Assembly: GCA_002256025.1 (NCBI GenBank)
Contig: NKIB01014175.1
Coordinates: 1-46,527, forward strand
Reading direction: 5' to 3'
DNA from: Asterionella formosa
Lineage: Eukaryota
DNA: 46,527 bases
How positions within the stretch are numbered: position 1 is the stretch's first letter; each line of letters opens with the position of its first letter. The position numbers and the translations under genes are program-made. Shown here one piece after another: positions 33,814 through 45,130 of this stretch. The notes under the pieces are model-generated. The model was not told where the DNA came from and did no database searches. It saw nothing but the letters and a program-made list of their open reading frames with translations.

Positions 33814-35214
33814 ATGAACTGCAGCACCTCACGTCGCTTCTTGAGCAGAGCGATAATGATAACCACAATATCCGCTCTGCTACTATCATTAAGATCACAC
33901 AGCTCAGTAGCAGCTCTTGCACCGAAACAAATCGCTGTGATTGGAGGAGGGGCTTCTGGAATCTTCGCCTCCATTTCGGCCGCCACCGCCTCGAAAGACG
34001 CAGTCGTTCACGTCTTGGAAGCCACATCTTCCACTCTCAAAAAGGTCTCCATTTCAGGTGGTGGCAGATGCAACGTTCTTCATGACACCTCCAAGCCAAC
34101 TTCTGAAATTCTGGCAGGCTACCCGCGAGGATCCGCAGAGCTAAACGGCCTTTTCCAGAAGCACTTTACGCCTCGAGATGCACACGAATGGTTTACATCG
34201 AGAGGTGTTCGTCTAAAGACAGAAACAGATGGGCGTATGTTTCCAACAACGGACAAGAGCCAGACTATTATTGATGCTTTATTGAATGAAGCGGACAAGG
34301 TTGGGGTTCACATACACCAAAAAGTCAAAGTTGTTGGAATCGTTAAAAATGACGGCAAATTTCGAATTGAAACAAATGATGAACTTGTGCTAGAATATGA
34401 TGCTGTTATTGTTGCAACTGGTTCGACCCCGATTGGGTACCAACTGGCCCAAGGCTTTGGTCACACCATCATTACTCCCGTCCCATCACTTTTCACTCTG
34501 AATTGCAAGCATCAAGTTAACGACGGTGGTCTCCTGCATGGCCTTTCGGGAGTATCGGTACCCACTGCAGCAATATCCTTTCAAGTCAAACAAGAAGGAA
34601 AGAAAAAATCCAAGGAAATCCAACAAGAAGGCCCTCTACTAATTACTCACCATGGGATTTCAGGACCAGCTACTTTGCGACTATCGGCATTTGGTGCAAG
34701 AGAATTCAAAGAAATCAACTATCGCGGCACAGTGAAAGTTCATTGGGCACCGGGATTGGGCACCTGCGACGAGATTAGCAACAAGCTGTGCCAACTTGCG
34801 ACCTTGTCTCCAAAGAAAAACATCGAAACAGTCTGCCCATTTTTCTTGGAAGGAGTGGCAGCTGTACCCAAGCGACTATGGGCCAGAATGGTTGAACAGT
34901 GTGACCTGACTGGAACGAAATGGTGCGAAGCACCCAAGAAAAAATTGCATTCCTTGGCCAACATGATAGGCGACTGTGTTTTGGATGTGACGGGCAAGGG
35001 CGTATTTAAAGAAGAATTTGTTACTGCTGGTGGCGTGACACTCAAAGAAATCGATATGAAATCGATGCAAAGCAAAAAGGTGGAAGGACTGTTTTTCTGT
35101 GGCGAAGTCTTGAATGTGGATGGTGTGACGGGAGGATTTAATTTCATGAATTGTTGGTCGACCGGATACATTGCGGGCAAGGGGGCTGCAGGTCACTGTA
35201 TTCAGCCTTTGTAG
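33814..35214 (+). CDS. HI0933/YhiN (BaiN-like) family flavoprotein, ~466 aa, N-terminal targeting sequence
   Basis: IAVIGGGASG Rossmann motif, KVSISGGGRCNV, ETDGRMFP, LLITHHGISGPA, FVTAGGV, LFFCGEVLNVDGVTGGFNF; likely start 33814 (or 33856) rather than 33535. Confidence 0.92.
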   Translation: MNCSTSRRFLSRAIMITTISALLLSLRSHSSVAALAPKQIAVIGGGASGIFASISAATASKDAVVHVLEATSSTLKKVSISGGGRCNVLHDTSKPTSEILAGYPRGSAELNGLFQKHFTPRDAHEWFTSRGVRLKTETDGRMFPTTDKSQTIIDALLNEADKVGVHIHQKVKVVGIVKNDGKFRIETNDELVLEYDAVIVATGSTPIGYQLAQGFGHTIITPVPSLFTLNCKHQVNDGGLLHGLSGVSVPTAAISFQVKQEGKKKSKEIQQEGPLLITHHGISGPATLRLSAFGAREFKEINYRGTVKVHWAPGLGTCDEISNKLCQLATLSPKKNIETVCPFFLEGVAAVPKRLWARMVEQCDLTGTKWCEAPKKKLHSLANMIGDCVLDVTGKGVFKEEFVTAGGVTLKEIDMKSMQSKKVEGLFFCGEVLNVDGVTGGFNFMNCWSTGYIAGKGAAGHCIQPL

Positions 35215-35879
35215 GGGAAAGGGAAGGTTTCCAAGGGGCAAGAAAATAGTGACTTCCTCACACATGCTACCTGGACAAACAACCAAAATCTCGCCAGGAA
35301 TCTCACTCCTGGGTGGGCCAGCGACATCAATTCATCCTCGAGGCTCTCTTCACATTCCATTGTGATCATCACTCAGTTTTGCCCTGTTCAACCTTTGTCG
35401 GTTAAGCTTCACAACTATGCAAATCGAACAAGAATCGAAACACCCATGTCACAGAAAACCAGGTTTGCAACAGGGTAGAAGCTTGTAATCTCGGGGGAGC
35501 TCTACACTACATCAGCTGCTGAAGAGAGCATGAACGGACAGATCAAAATGTATTCTACATTTGTAGTCTTAATATGTACAATGCACCAAAATGTATATCT
35601 GTACCATAGTGCATGTAATCCTATCAGGAAATTGCTAAATGGCAAGCTGGAGAAGAATCAACCGCCAATCAATAGAATTTCATTTTGAATCCAATGGAGT
35701 TCTTGTCTACCAGTGTTCAGACCCTATCTCACTACGTACCAAAAAAGAACGGTGTGCTTTTGGAGACTCCCACCCAACTTGTGAATGTCAATTTTAAATC
35801 TAAATCAACAAATTCAGGACTGCATGTACTACTAAGATAAAAGATTTCATCTCTTTCAACACGCTTTCTAAGACCCTGT

Positions 35880-36426
35880 GGTTACATGTGGTTTTTTCAT
35901 TGCATAGCCTACCGTTAAGTGCATGTGCTTCCCAAGTCTTGTTAGTGCAGGTGAGTCCCCAACCATCTTTTTCAAAAACCACACAACTTTAAATCAAAGG
36001 CAATGTGCTCAACCCACTGATTCATTCCTCTGTACTACCAATATAACACAAAAGTTAGTATGTTTTATTGCCCATTCATACTCCCCTATTTCTAGGCAAG
36101 TCTGACATTGTGCTACCTGCCAACAAGACCTGTGCTTCCCTAGTTTTGTTAGCATACTAGGTGAGTCCCCAGTCACCTTTCGGGAAAAGTGACTGTCTTA
36201 GCCTTAGCCGCAGTGTTAGGGGAAACTCCGACCGCCTAGGAAGGCAGCACAAACTGCTTCTTGTAGAGGGGCAACCCACTATTTCTTGCACATCAGCCAA
36301 GACTGTGCAGGACGGAAAGGAGTGTGGGAGTCGAACCCAATAATTTTTTCTCAAACTAATTGCGGGAGTCGAACCTCACAACCTCAGATCAAAGGCAACG
36401 TGCTAAACCACTAAGCCATACCCATG
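35880..36426 (-). mobile_element. tRNA-derived SINE-like element, tandem dimer (second copy degenerate)
   Basis: Minus strand A box TGGCTTAGTGG (36408-36418), B box GGTTCGACTCC (36365-36375), extra B box 36327-36337; head and ggggactcacct..gggaagcaca block repeated in 36025-35920; no intact cloverleaf. Confidence 0.55.
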
Positions 36427-37279
36427 CCAATATGATATACTGTAAACTAGTAAAGCAATGTTAAAAATCTAGAAAATCTTAACCCAAACCCTACTGGTAC
36501 ATGGTAAGAATCAGAATGAAATCTAGCAGGGAATATTCAGTTATACCCTGGTCAGTCATATTGGTCATGGAATATTGAGGAGATATAGTGACAGGTGATA
36601 TATAAATACACATGGAAGTACAGGTGCATAAGTACAAATGTTGAAGGTCACATCAAAACGTATACATGATCATGAGAGGCTGGGATTTTATAATATCAAG
36701 TGGAGTATATTAAAAGCTCACTTTTTGTAGAATATTACATGTTAAACTTATTCTCTGGGTCCAACAGCATATGCTTTTGTCGAGATTGTGTCAACAAATG
36801 CTATACATTTGGTTTACTGGTTTATCAGAACTTATCACTCTCGTGTCCAATGCCTTTTGGAACCACGTCCCATGGAACCTCATACCTCTGCGAAGGTCTC
36901 GCCCCCTACAGTGGCGCCTATTGATAGTAGCAATTGTAGGCCGTTGAACGCCGCAAAAGTAGCTAAAGTTGATTCCAGTAGCTCTCGGCCATCGAACGCC
37001 TTTTGGACTGCTGCCCCAGACATACCCTTAACCTTTTGTCCTGAAAGTTCTACAATGGCACATCGCGAACAGAAATGAGAGTCACACATGATCATTACTG
37101 CTGCTGAAGCTTATTTTACCTTCACCGTGACACTGGATCTCAACATCCCTTCAACCCCAGTGCTGCCGCAACTGACACAACGCCTGCTACGCTTCATCCT
37201 ACAACTGCAGACAACCCTTCCTCTGTGAATGAAAGTTCCGTTAGATCTAACTTTATACTTAGCATATGTTTCAAAAGTT

Positions 37280-37590
37280 ATTGATTAAGCTAAATTTTTA
37301 TCATATCAGGAATAATTTCGATAGATCAATATTTTTTTCTGTTCGATCAATTCAATTCATATGTCAGGTTATGACTCTACACATTCCAAGTTATGTATAA
37401 TTAAAAACTTATTGATTTACCAGATAGATGCTATTGATTAAGCGAAATTGTTGTTATGTCGGAAATAATTTTGATCCATCACCAACATTTTCTGTTCAAT
37501 CAATTGAATTTAAATTAAAGTTATGACTTTACGCATGTCACCTCATGCATATGTAAAAAACTTGTACCAGATGAGTAGATATTGATTTTT
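37280..37590. repeat. Diverged AT-rich tandem repeat, ~153-bp unit
   Basis: tattgattaagc..aataattt.gat..ttctgttc.atcaatt..gttatgact occurs twice. Confidence 0.65.
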
Positions 37591-37830
37591 GCGCACTGGT
37601 CCTTTGTTACCATTCTGCTTTGATCACCTTGCATGCTTTGATGCATTTCATGTACTGGCACTCCTCTCTCCATTTGCATTTTGGAAATCGAATTTCTTCT
37701 CTTTTACTAAGCCATGTGCGCTTGTCAATTCCCTCACAAGCTACCTTCTCCGGATGACAAATATCTTAGTCTTGTAAAGAATGATATGGTCTCGATGTTG
37801 AAGGGGACTTAGTATGCCAGCGAATTCAGG

Positions 37831-38208
37831 TTGTTTGTTTGTTACACGAAAGCAAAAGCTTTGGTCAATTTAAACAGCAGAATTAAAGAACAATCCATTG
37901 AAGGTCATGCCCACTTACCATCCAAAATCAAGAAGATAATTACTTTTCATCATAATTCGTCTACTGCGGACATAGGTTCATATTTCGAATCTGTTTTTCA
38001 AGATGAGGTTTGGATCAGAGTGAAGATGGACCAGATGACAGCACCGTTTGTTTCTTGTTGTATTAACCATGAGTCTTCCATTCTCATTGACAATTGGGCT
38101 GGAGAGAAAGTTTATGCTGCTTTCTTAGAGCGCACAGACATCACAAATCAGGAAGTAGCTGCATTACTTCAACTGACAAATCAATCAGGAAATAGCAGCT
38201 TCACGTGA
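37831..38208 (+). pseudogene. Fragment of an unknown multicopy ORF (paralog at 44790-45130)
   Basis: TKAKALVNL..IKKI..FESVFQDEVWIRVKMD..NHE..IL aligns with the minus-strand copy; no convincing start codon. Confidence 0.6.
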
Positions 38209-38953
38209 ATCCTGAATAGAAGTGGCCTTTCATTAGCTTTGTATTATTCCATTGTTCGAAGAAATCTCCTTACTGGCAATATTAGAGGCACCATATAGTA
38301 TGTCATAACATCATTGCCATATATGTTAATGCTATATTTATATAGCGTTTATATTAGGTAATGTATTATATCCCAAACATAGCTAGGTACCATTATGTAT
38401 AAAGAAAATATATAAATGTACCATTATTCATTCAATAGGAATGGCATACAGCAACAACAGAAGTCAAAATGAGTCCAATGAGGTTGACAAACTTCTCTGT
38501 TATTGGGGAGTTTCTGATGATCCCTGTACTATATTTACCATTATTGATAGTACTGGTATTGATACAGAGGAAAAGAGGAGTAAGCTTCTTGGTGCCATTT
38601 CGGCCAAAATTGGGAAGCATACTTTCCTGAACAGGCAATGGAATCAGTCACTTTTCCTGTCATTCCAAATAATGATCATCGACGTAGTGTGGTATCTGTG
38701 TCTACATCTACACAGTCTATTGACAATGAAATTGTTGCAAATAAAAATTGTTGGGTTTGTGTTGTAGATCTTGTTTCTACTTCTGCAGAGTCTATTGATT
38801 CCAATTTGCCTGATATCAAAAAGTCTCATCCCCTTCCAAAGCAAAGCCAAAAGGTAAATTAAAGCAAACTCCAGACATTGTTGCCAGTCTGGAATTAGCT
38901 CATGAGGATAACTTACCAAAGACTTCCGAAATTCCTGGAGTGACTGGGAAAGT

Positions 38954-39093
38954 TATTGAACAGGTCAAGTTGTGGTCAACTATTTTCTCCAGTAAGGACG
39001 CAAATTTATTGAAAGCTTTTGACTATTGAACACGTCAAGTTGTGGTCAACTATTTTCTCCAGTAAGGACGCAAATTTATTGAAAGCTTTTGAC
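38954..39093. repeat. Tandem duplication, 70-bp unit x2
   Basis: 38954-39023 and 39024-39093 are identical except for one g/c. Confidence 0.97.
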
Positions 39094-40267
39094 AATGGAA
39101 TTCATAAATATTTACAAAAAAGAGCAACATGAAATATCATATGGCTGGTTGCTTTGATTATTATATATATTTATTATGTACGGACAAAAATTCGCAATAC
39201 TCGGACTTTCCCGGAACTCCCAGGTACCCAGGTCTGAGTACCTGGTACCGCTAGTAAAGTCGAATGAGACAAGACTTAAAAGCAATCATCATTTTGGTAC
39301 ATCAGACCAAGACTGAGAATATCTCACCTTAATACTTAAGGGCTCTAATTAAAGTTCCTGACCAATGAAAAATGGGATTTTTCAAATGCAGTCATGACGC
39401 AATATTTGCCACAATAAAGGGACAGGTACCTGGTACCATGGTAACCGGTATTTCCGTATACCGGTACATTGGTACAACCAGGTACCCCGGTACCTGGTAC
39501 CTCGAAGAAAACAAAGGAAGTCGCAAAGCGATGAAGACATCGACATTTGGAACCTCATGAAAACTCAAACGTCCGTGCAGGAATAATTAAACGTTTAGGA
39601 GTATAAATATATTCTGGTATAACTCCGCATTACTGTACATCGAACTTCACTGCGATCTTAAATACCCGGTATGTAAGTGCCGAGCGGCGTGGTTCTGATC
39701 TCGCGTCAACGATTATTTTGTGGTCGTGTACTTTTGGTTCCAAATTACAAACCAACTGTTATTTTATCAGTCACTGTCGAGATCCAATCATCGTGTAGCT
39801 TATAGGCATTCCCCCAGGACCAGCTGATTTTGAACGGACTAAAAAGATTTCCTTCGTGTCGTCCGGTACTCAACAAGAACTTTACAATCCTGGAGCCGTG
39901 TCACAACCTCGAATGGAACTAGTACGAATTCTACACAGTTCACCAATGGTTCAATGTGTGACGATCATTTTCTGATTTGCATTTTCGGGTTTCAATAAAT
40001 AATAATTTAAGTATATATATTAAAACACTCCTTTCCCTACCGCGACAAATACCCGATATGTGTTTCGGTCGAACGAGAAGCGACCCTTCTTCTGCATGTC
40101 GGCTTCGGTTCTTGCTTTTCGATGCAACAAGTAAAAACCATTTCTGTGCTCTCCACGCCACCACATTCCGTACAATCTTATACAACTTTTGTGAACAAAA
40201 ATTGTGAAACGCTTATCGCATTTGTAACACAGCAAACAGACTACTTTCGCTAACTTTCACGCTCACC

Positions 40268-40615
40268 ATGACTCAGCTTACCTTCGCAACAATGATGCCT
40301 CTTCCTTCCATGTCTATGACTCCGCAATCACCCAAACAGGTCGAGCCACTCAGTAGTGAAGAGCTCCATCGCCGGAAGAATTTCTGCATTTTCCTTAAGA
40401 TTCTCTCTCACACTCTCTCCAAGACTGATCCTTTGATGAAGCAAAAGGTTAAGGAACTTGTACGAGTGTGTACCAAGAAGAACCGCGAAGGTGATGTTAA
40501 CTTTGAGAAGCTGATGGAATCTGTACAATACAGACTTCGCCACCTGCTTGGAGAACGACAATGGCAACAATTCCAGATCTACACTGACCACGTTCTTGCG
40601 AGCCACTGTCACTAG
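40268..40615 (+). CDS. Small hypothetical alpha-helical protein (115 aa), diatom-type family
   Basis: caccATG start, clean ORF; F.IF.KIL...L...D....K..V..CT.KNR.GD..L...L..LLG..W resembles a recurrent diatom hypothetical family (recollection, not searched). Confidence 0.7.
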   Translation: MTQLTFATMMPLPSMSMTPQSPKQVEPLSSEELHRRKNFCIFLKILSHTLSKTDPLMKQKVKELVRVCTKKNREGDVNFEKLMESVQYRLRHLLGERQWQQFQIYTDHVLASHCH

Positions 40616-40930
40616 GGAGGTGCCCAGAAATTGTTGCTATAAAGCAATATCTGCAAAGACCTCATTGCTTACTAAACGCATGAACTAGTCCAATCGACGC
40701 ATATTTCTTGTAACAAAATGACGTACATCATTGATATCAGCTCATCCAATTTCGTCCTTCTACTGTCCAACATTTGAACCTAGAGTCGTTGCTGTAGCCT
40801 CAATCTTATGGTGTCAGATGATTGAATCTTTCAGTGTACTCTTATTGTTGTTCATCTCTTCGCAACCATCTGGAAATGGGAATAAATGATGCAATGCTGA
40901 AATTGCTGCGTTAGAACCCCTAGCTCGAAC

Positions 40931-41210
40931 TAAGAGCATTGACAAAATACCAAGTCAATTGAAGTTGCGGGTCAATACACCTCATGATGCGTCGACCAAG
41001 ACCGAATATGCTTTGGTCTTGGTCGAGAATGACCCCCTTATCGACCAAATATCAGGTATTTGGTCGACTAGACTCAAACCACAGCTAAATAAAAGAAGAA
41101 TTTCTATTTTTTCAGATTTAGCTTGTGCTGGCGCCCTAACGGTTATGGTTTGATTGGTGCAAAACATCTTGTGCAACACATTCAACAAACTCGATTGATG
41201 TAGATAAATA
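40931..41210. repeat. Dispersed hairpin-rich repeat, inverted copy of 1-333
   Basis: Palindromes tcgaccaagacc..ggtcttggtcga and tcgaccaaata..tatttggtcga; aligns to the window start. Confidence 0.75.
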
Positions 41211-41441
41211 ATAAACTACAGCACATATACCTTTGAATAAGAATAAAGGCAGCTATCTATAAAGCTATCACATACATAAAATATGATTTCTTGCTGAATG
41301 TAGTCTTTCAGGTCTGTTGGAGAAATTATTTTAGGAGAAATCCCGGGATTCAAATTACCTACAATACTGCAAATATTGTCTGCGTACAAACAAGCTGACA
41401 TTGGTATGTTCCAGGGATTAACTATAAATGTACATTTGTTT

Positions 41442-42111
41442 ATCGGGTTCTTTCCGGCTCATTAGCTAGGCTCATTTCAGTCTCTCTTTGAGGCTCAATT
41501 TGAAAACCTTATTGTTACTTTCCTCTAAATTTAGATACATTACTTTTTCTCCTGATAAAAGGGCTATACAGGTGAAAGACAAAGAATTGGAATTTGAAAA
41601 AATAATATTTAGTCGTGTGTCAGTCACAAATTAAGAAATTCGCAGACACAAATCAGTCTGGACTGGAAGGATTCAATGCTGCTTCAATGGAATGATGTAA
41701 ACAACAATCAACACATCGAAGCATACCCATGGACCATACACAACATGTCCAAGTCATAATTTTTAAGTCTACACATGTACTTTGGAGGTGGGAGCTGTCA
41801 GAACCACAACCTCTGTCCCGAAAATTTTCTTGCCTCTGGTTAGCTGGAAAACAATGAGCTCATGTTGTTGCACCATCCCGCACAGATATTCTGTTATTTT
41901 TTGGCAGGCCGACTTCTCATGTATCTGAAATGTTTTTAGACCTATATAAGCGCATTTCCATGCATGCCTCCAGAAAGATACAGATCTGTAGATTTAGATT
42001 AACTTTTCAGAAATGAAATATCCATTGATTTGAGATAGGGGAAAGGTACTGAAGACCCAGATTGAATCCAGTCTAGTAGACTAAAATCAGTCTAGCCGGA
42101 AAGAATCCGAT
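41442..42111. mobile_element. Putative MITE (~670 bp) with 18-bp TIR
   Basis: atcgggttctttccggct at 41442 versus agccggaaagaatccgat ending 42111 (17/18 inverted match); TSD not resolved. Confidence 0.5.
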
Positions 42112-42763
42112 GTATATGTTAAATCAAATGAATCAAAAAGAATAGCAAGACCAGAATTCGAAAACAATCTGCACCACCAGTAAAACCCAAAAATCTATGA
42201 AAACTTTTAGGAATGGTTACAATCAATCTTTGTGACATTGCTGTTCATATCTACAGCCAGCAGTTTGGTCTCTGACGTATCCTTACAGGATACAAGAAAG
42301 CAATAGAGGGCTTCGGTATGCAATATCAACAGATTTATTAGAATTATCTGGCTTTGAACTGCCGCAAGTCAGGAAACAACTTCATGCGAATTGTGGAGAG
42401 TCCGGAGTTAAGAATTGAGCATACCAGACTGTTCAAACTCTGAAGAAGGCATGCCTACAAATAAAAAGTATCATGGTGGATATAGGATCAAGGGTATCGC
42501 ATGCTTAGTGGCACAGGATTTTCGTATATATGATAATTTTTGGATCAAAACTATGATCAAGGTATCCTGTAACTATGATGATATATTAATATTTTACTGA
42601 CCTTGAAGTACAATGATAATAAGAACATTATCATCACACAATGTATATCAACTGATCAGCAACATTTCTTATCAATATCATAAACCTTCTCATATTATTT
42701 TCACTTGTTCTCATGATCGCCAAATGTAAATTATTACTACGACGCATCCTAAAATCAGCTCAA

Positions 42764-43100
42764 CTCTATGCTATCATGTGAATTGTTTCATCGTATATCT
42801 AGCTTAGACATGATCATAATTCTAATCATGAGCATTGTTCAAAAAGGATTGGAATGGATCGTAATTTAACTATCAAATTTAGTAATGCTATCTATGATTC
42901 AACAGGCCAGTAACCCAACAGCGTTTCTCTCTCTATGCTATCATGTGAATTGTTTCATCTAAATCTATCTTAAACATGATCATAATTCTAATCACAAGCA
43001 TTGTTCAAAAAGGATTGGAATGGATGATCGTAATTTAATTAACAAATTTAACAATGATATTTCTGTTTCGACAGCTACCCGAGGAATGTTTCTCTCCTAT
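42764..43100. repeat. Tandem duplication, ~167-bp unit x2
   Basis: ctctatgctatcatgtgaattgtttcatc at 42764 and 42931; shared agcattgttcaaaaaggattggaatggat. Confidence 0.9.
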
Positions 43101-44789
43101 CCACTCGTCTCAATGTATATTGTTCCTGTCTCTCCCTTTTCTTCCTCTATTATGAATCTTGTGCCAAGCAGTGCTTAGTCTCTCTCCTTGCTGTTAGAGT
43201 CATTCTGATCTCGCCGACTATTCCGTTGTTTGATTGGTTTTATTGTCCTGTGCAGATACAGTAACAATGAGAAGGAATGACTTGTTAGCTAGTCATGTTA
43301 AACTGACACAACATCAAGCCATTCCATCGTATCCTCTTGCTTGCTTCACTTACCACAGCCAAATCAAAGCAACTGATGGAAAAGTCTGTAATAGTAAATT
43401 GTCAGTAAATTCTTTAATAAGTAAGTTTAGTAAGTTTCAGGTTCCCAATGTTGTCGAATAAAACTTACCGATTCATTTTCGTTAGCTTAACTTTGAGAGA
43501 AGGTAAAGTGGCGTGTCCGTCAGATATGTTCCATCAGAAGTGAATAAGTCAAACGACAAGAGCACTTACCAAATTTGTTTGGTTTTACATTGGTGGTCCC
43601 CAACAAGCGAAACGAGCTGTTGAATCAACTGAGAAAAAAGGAAATGTGCATTTAGTTTACAATTTTTTGTTGTCCTGCCTCCCAACGATTTTCATCCAAG
43701 TACCACATTGATGGCTTCATTGCCTTAAAAAACTCCATCCTTCGAAGGCGCAATGTGTCAAAGCCACAATTTTTTTCGTTATTGCGTTAACTTTCCTTAT
43801 CATTTGCTTAACTATGAGTGAACTTGTACTAGCCTCATCATTTCAGGCGAGTTGCCGCAAAATTTGTTTCAAGCCCAGGTCAAGAAAAGGACAATCTTTT
43901 GCTCCGAAAAATTGGTCTAGAAGGAAAGACAAATTCAACAAAAATATCTTGGAAGATAGAGTCCCTTCAATCTGTAGTAGCATGAATTCATCATGAATAA
44001 TTAAATGAACAGTTCTCATCGCATCTGCAACTTTTTGTAGGAGAATGTTGAGATCTTTAATGCGGTCACATTGGTTTGAAGGCCAAACCTCATTGACAAA
44101 GTTTCTAGCAAACTTGACATTGCTATGATCAATAACAAGTGCAGGCCATCCAATCTTCTTTCCACCCTTCTTTTTAATGAAAGTTGACGAATTCACTAAC
44201 TACAATCTCCTAAACATGACGTCCAATAAACTATCAAGGTCGGCATTCACGGTGTCTTCGACATGGCCTTGTAGGAAATGCTAAAGTAAAATACAGTGAG
44301 TAGTGTGGCTGGTCATGGTGCTGATCAAGCAGTACTCGAAATCTCCATTTAATCATAACACGATATGTGTTCTCAGCAAGTGGGGCTGGTAGAATGAGGA
44401 TCATTTTCCCAAGTCGGGATGCAGTTAGGCTCTTCGAGATTACAATTGTCATTCATTGGTAAATCATTTGGCATGATGATCAGTCACAGAATTTACAAAA
44501 TGTCAGGAGATATCACTGCTATTACTAGCCTACTAAGTCATCATGCAATGTAGCCATATGGGAATCAAGAAGAAATGGATTCAGTGAAATTGGTAATGTG
44601 GTGATGGACCTGCACCCACATACATACAATCATATTATACATTTATGATTATGTATATTGGATAGTACTTGGTAGTTTTTATCGGATGGGGTGGAGCAAA
44701 TGCATTGAGTTATTTTAATACTTAGTACCAATATAATATATTCTTTGAGTGCAAACAAAGAATTGGTATTCAATTTCGAAGTAGGACAA

Positions 44790-45130
44790 CTAATTATTAA
44801 TACTATTCTGCTCTTCTGAAGGAAGAGTTGCGACTAACATGCAATCACTTACTTCTGTATGCTCAAGTTGCATGGGATACAAATGATCACGAAAATAATT
44901 GACAAGAATAGGCATTTCATGATTTAGACCATGAGCAACAAACTGTGCAGCAATCGGATCAATCTTGAACTTGATCCAGACCTCATCCTCCAAAATCGAC
45001 TCAAAAAATAAGGTAACGGACATGACGATTTTCTTGATTTCGAAAGGCTTCTGGGCATGGTCAAGAACAGATTTATTGGAGACCCTGTTGTAGATATTGA
45101 TGAAAGCTTTGGCCTTTGTTTAGCATGCAA
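44790..45130 (-). pseudogene. Second fragment of the unknown multicopy ORF
   Basis: TKAKAFINIYNR..IKKIVMSVTLFFESILEDEVWIKFKID..NHEMPIL, homologous to 37831-38208. Confidence 0.6.

Noticed and set aside
35210..35712. Possible solo LTR (tgtagggg...tctacca) overlapping the flavoprotein stop codon
   Set aside because: No matching TSD and no second copy in the window.
36355..36426. Functional tRNA gene
   Set aside because: A and B boxes are present, but the acceptor and anticodon stems do not pair.
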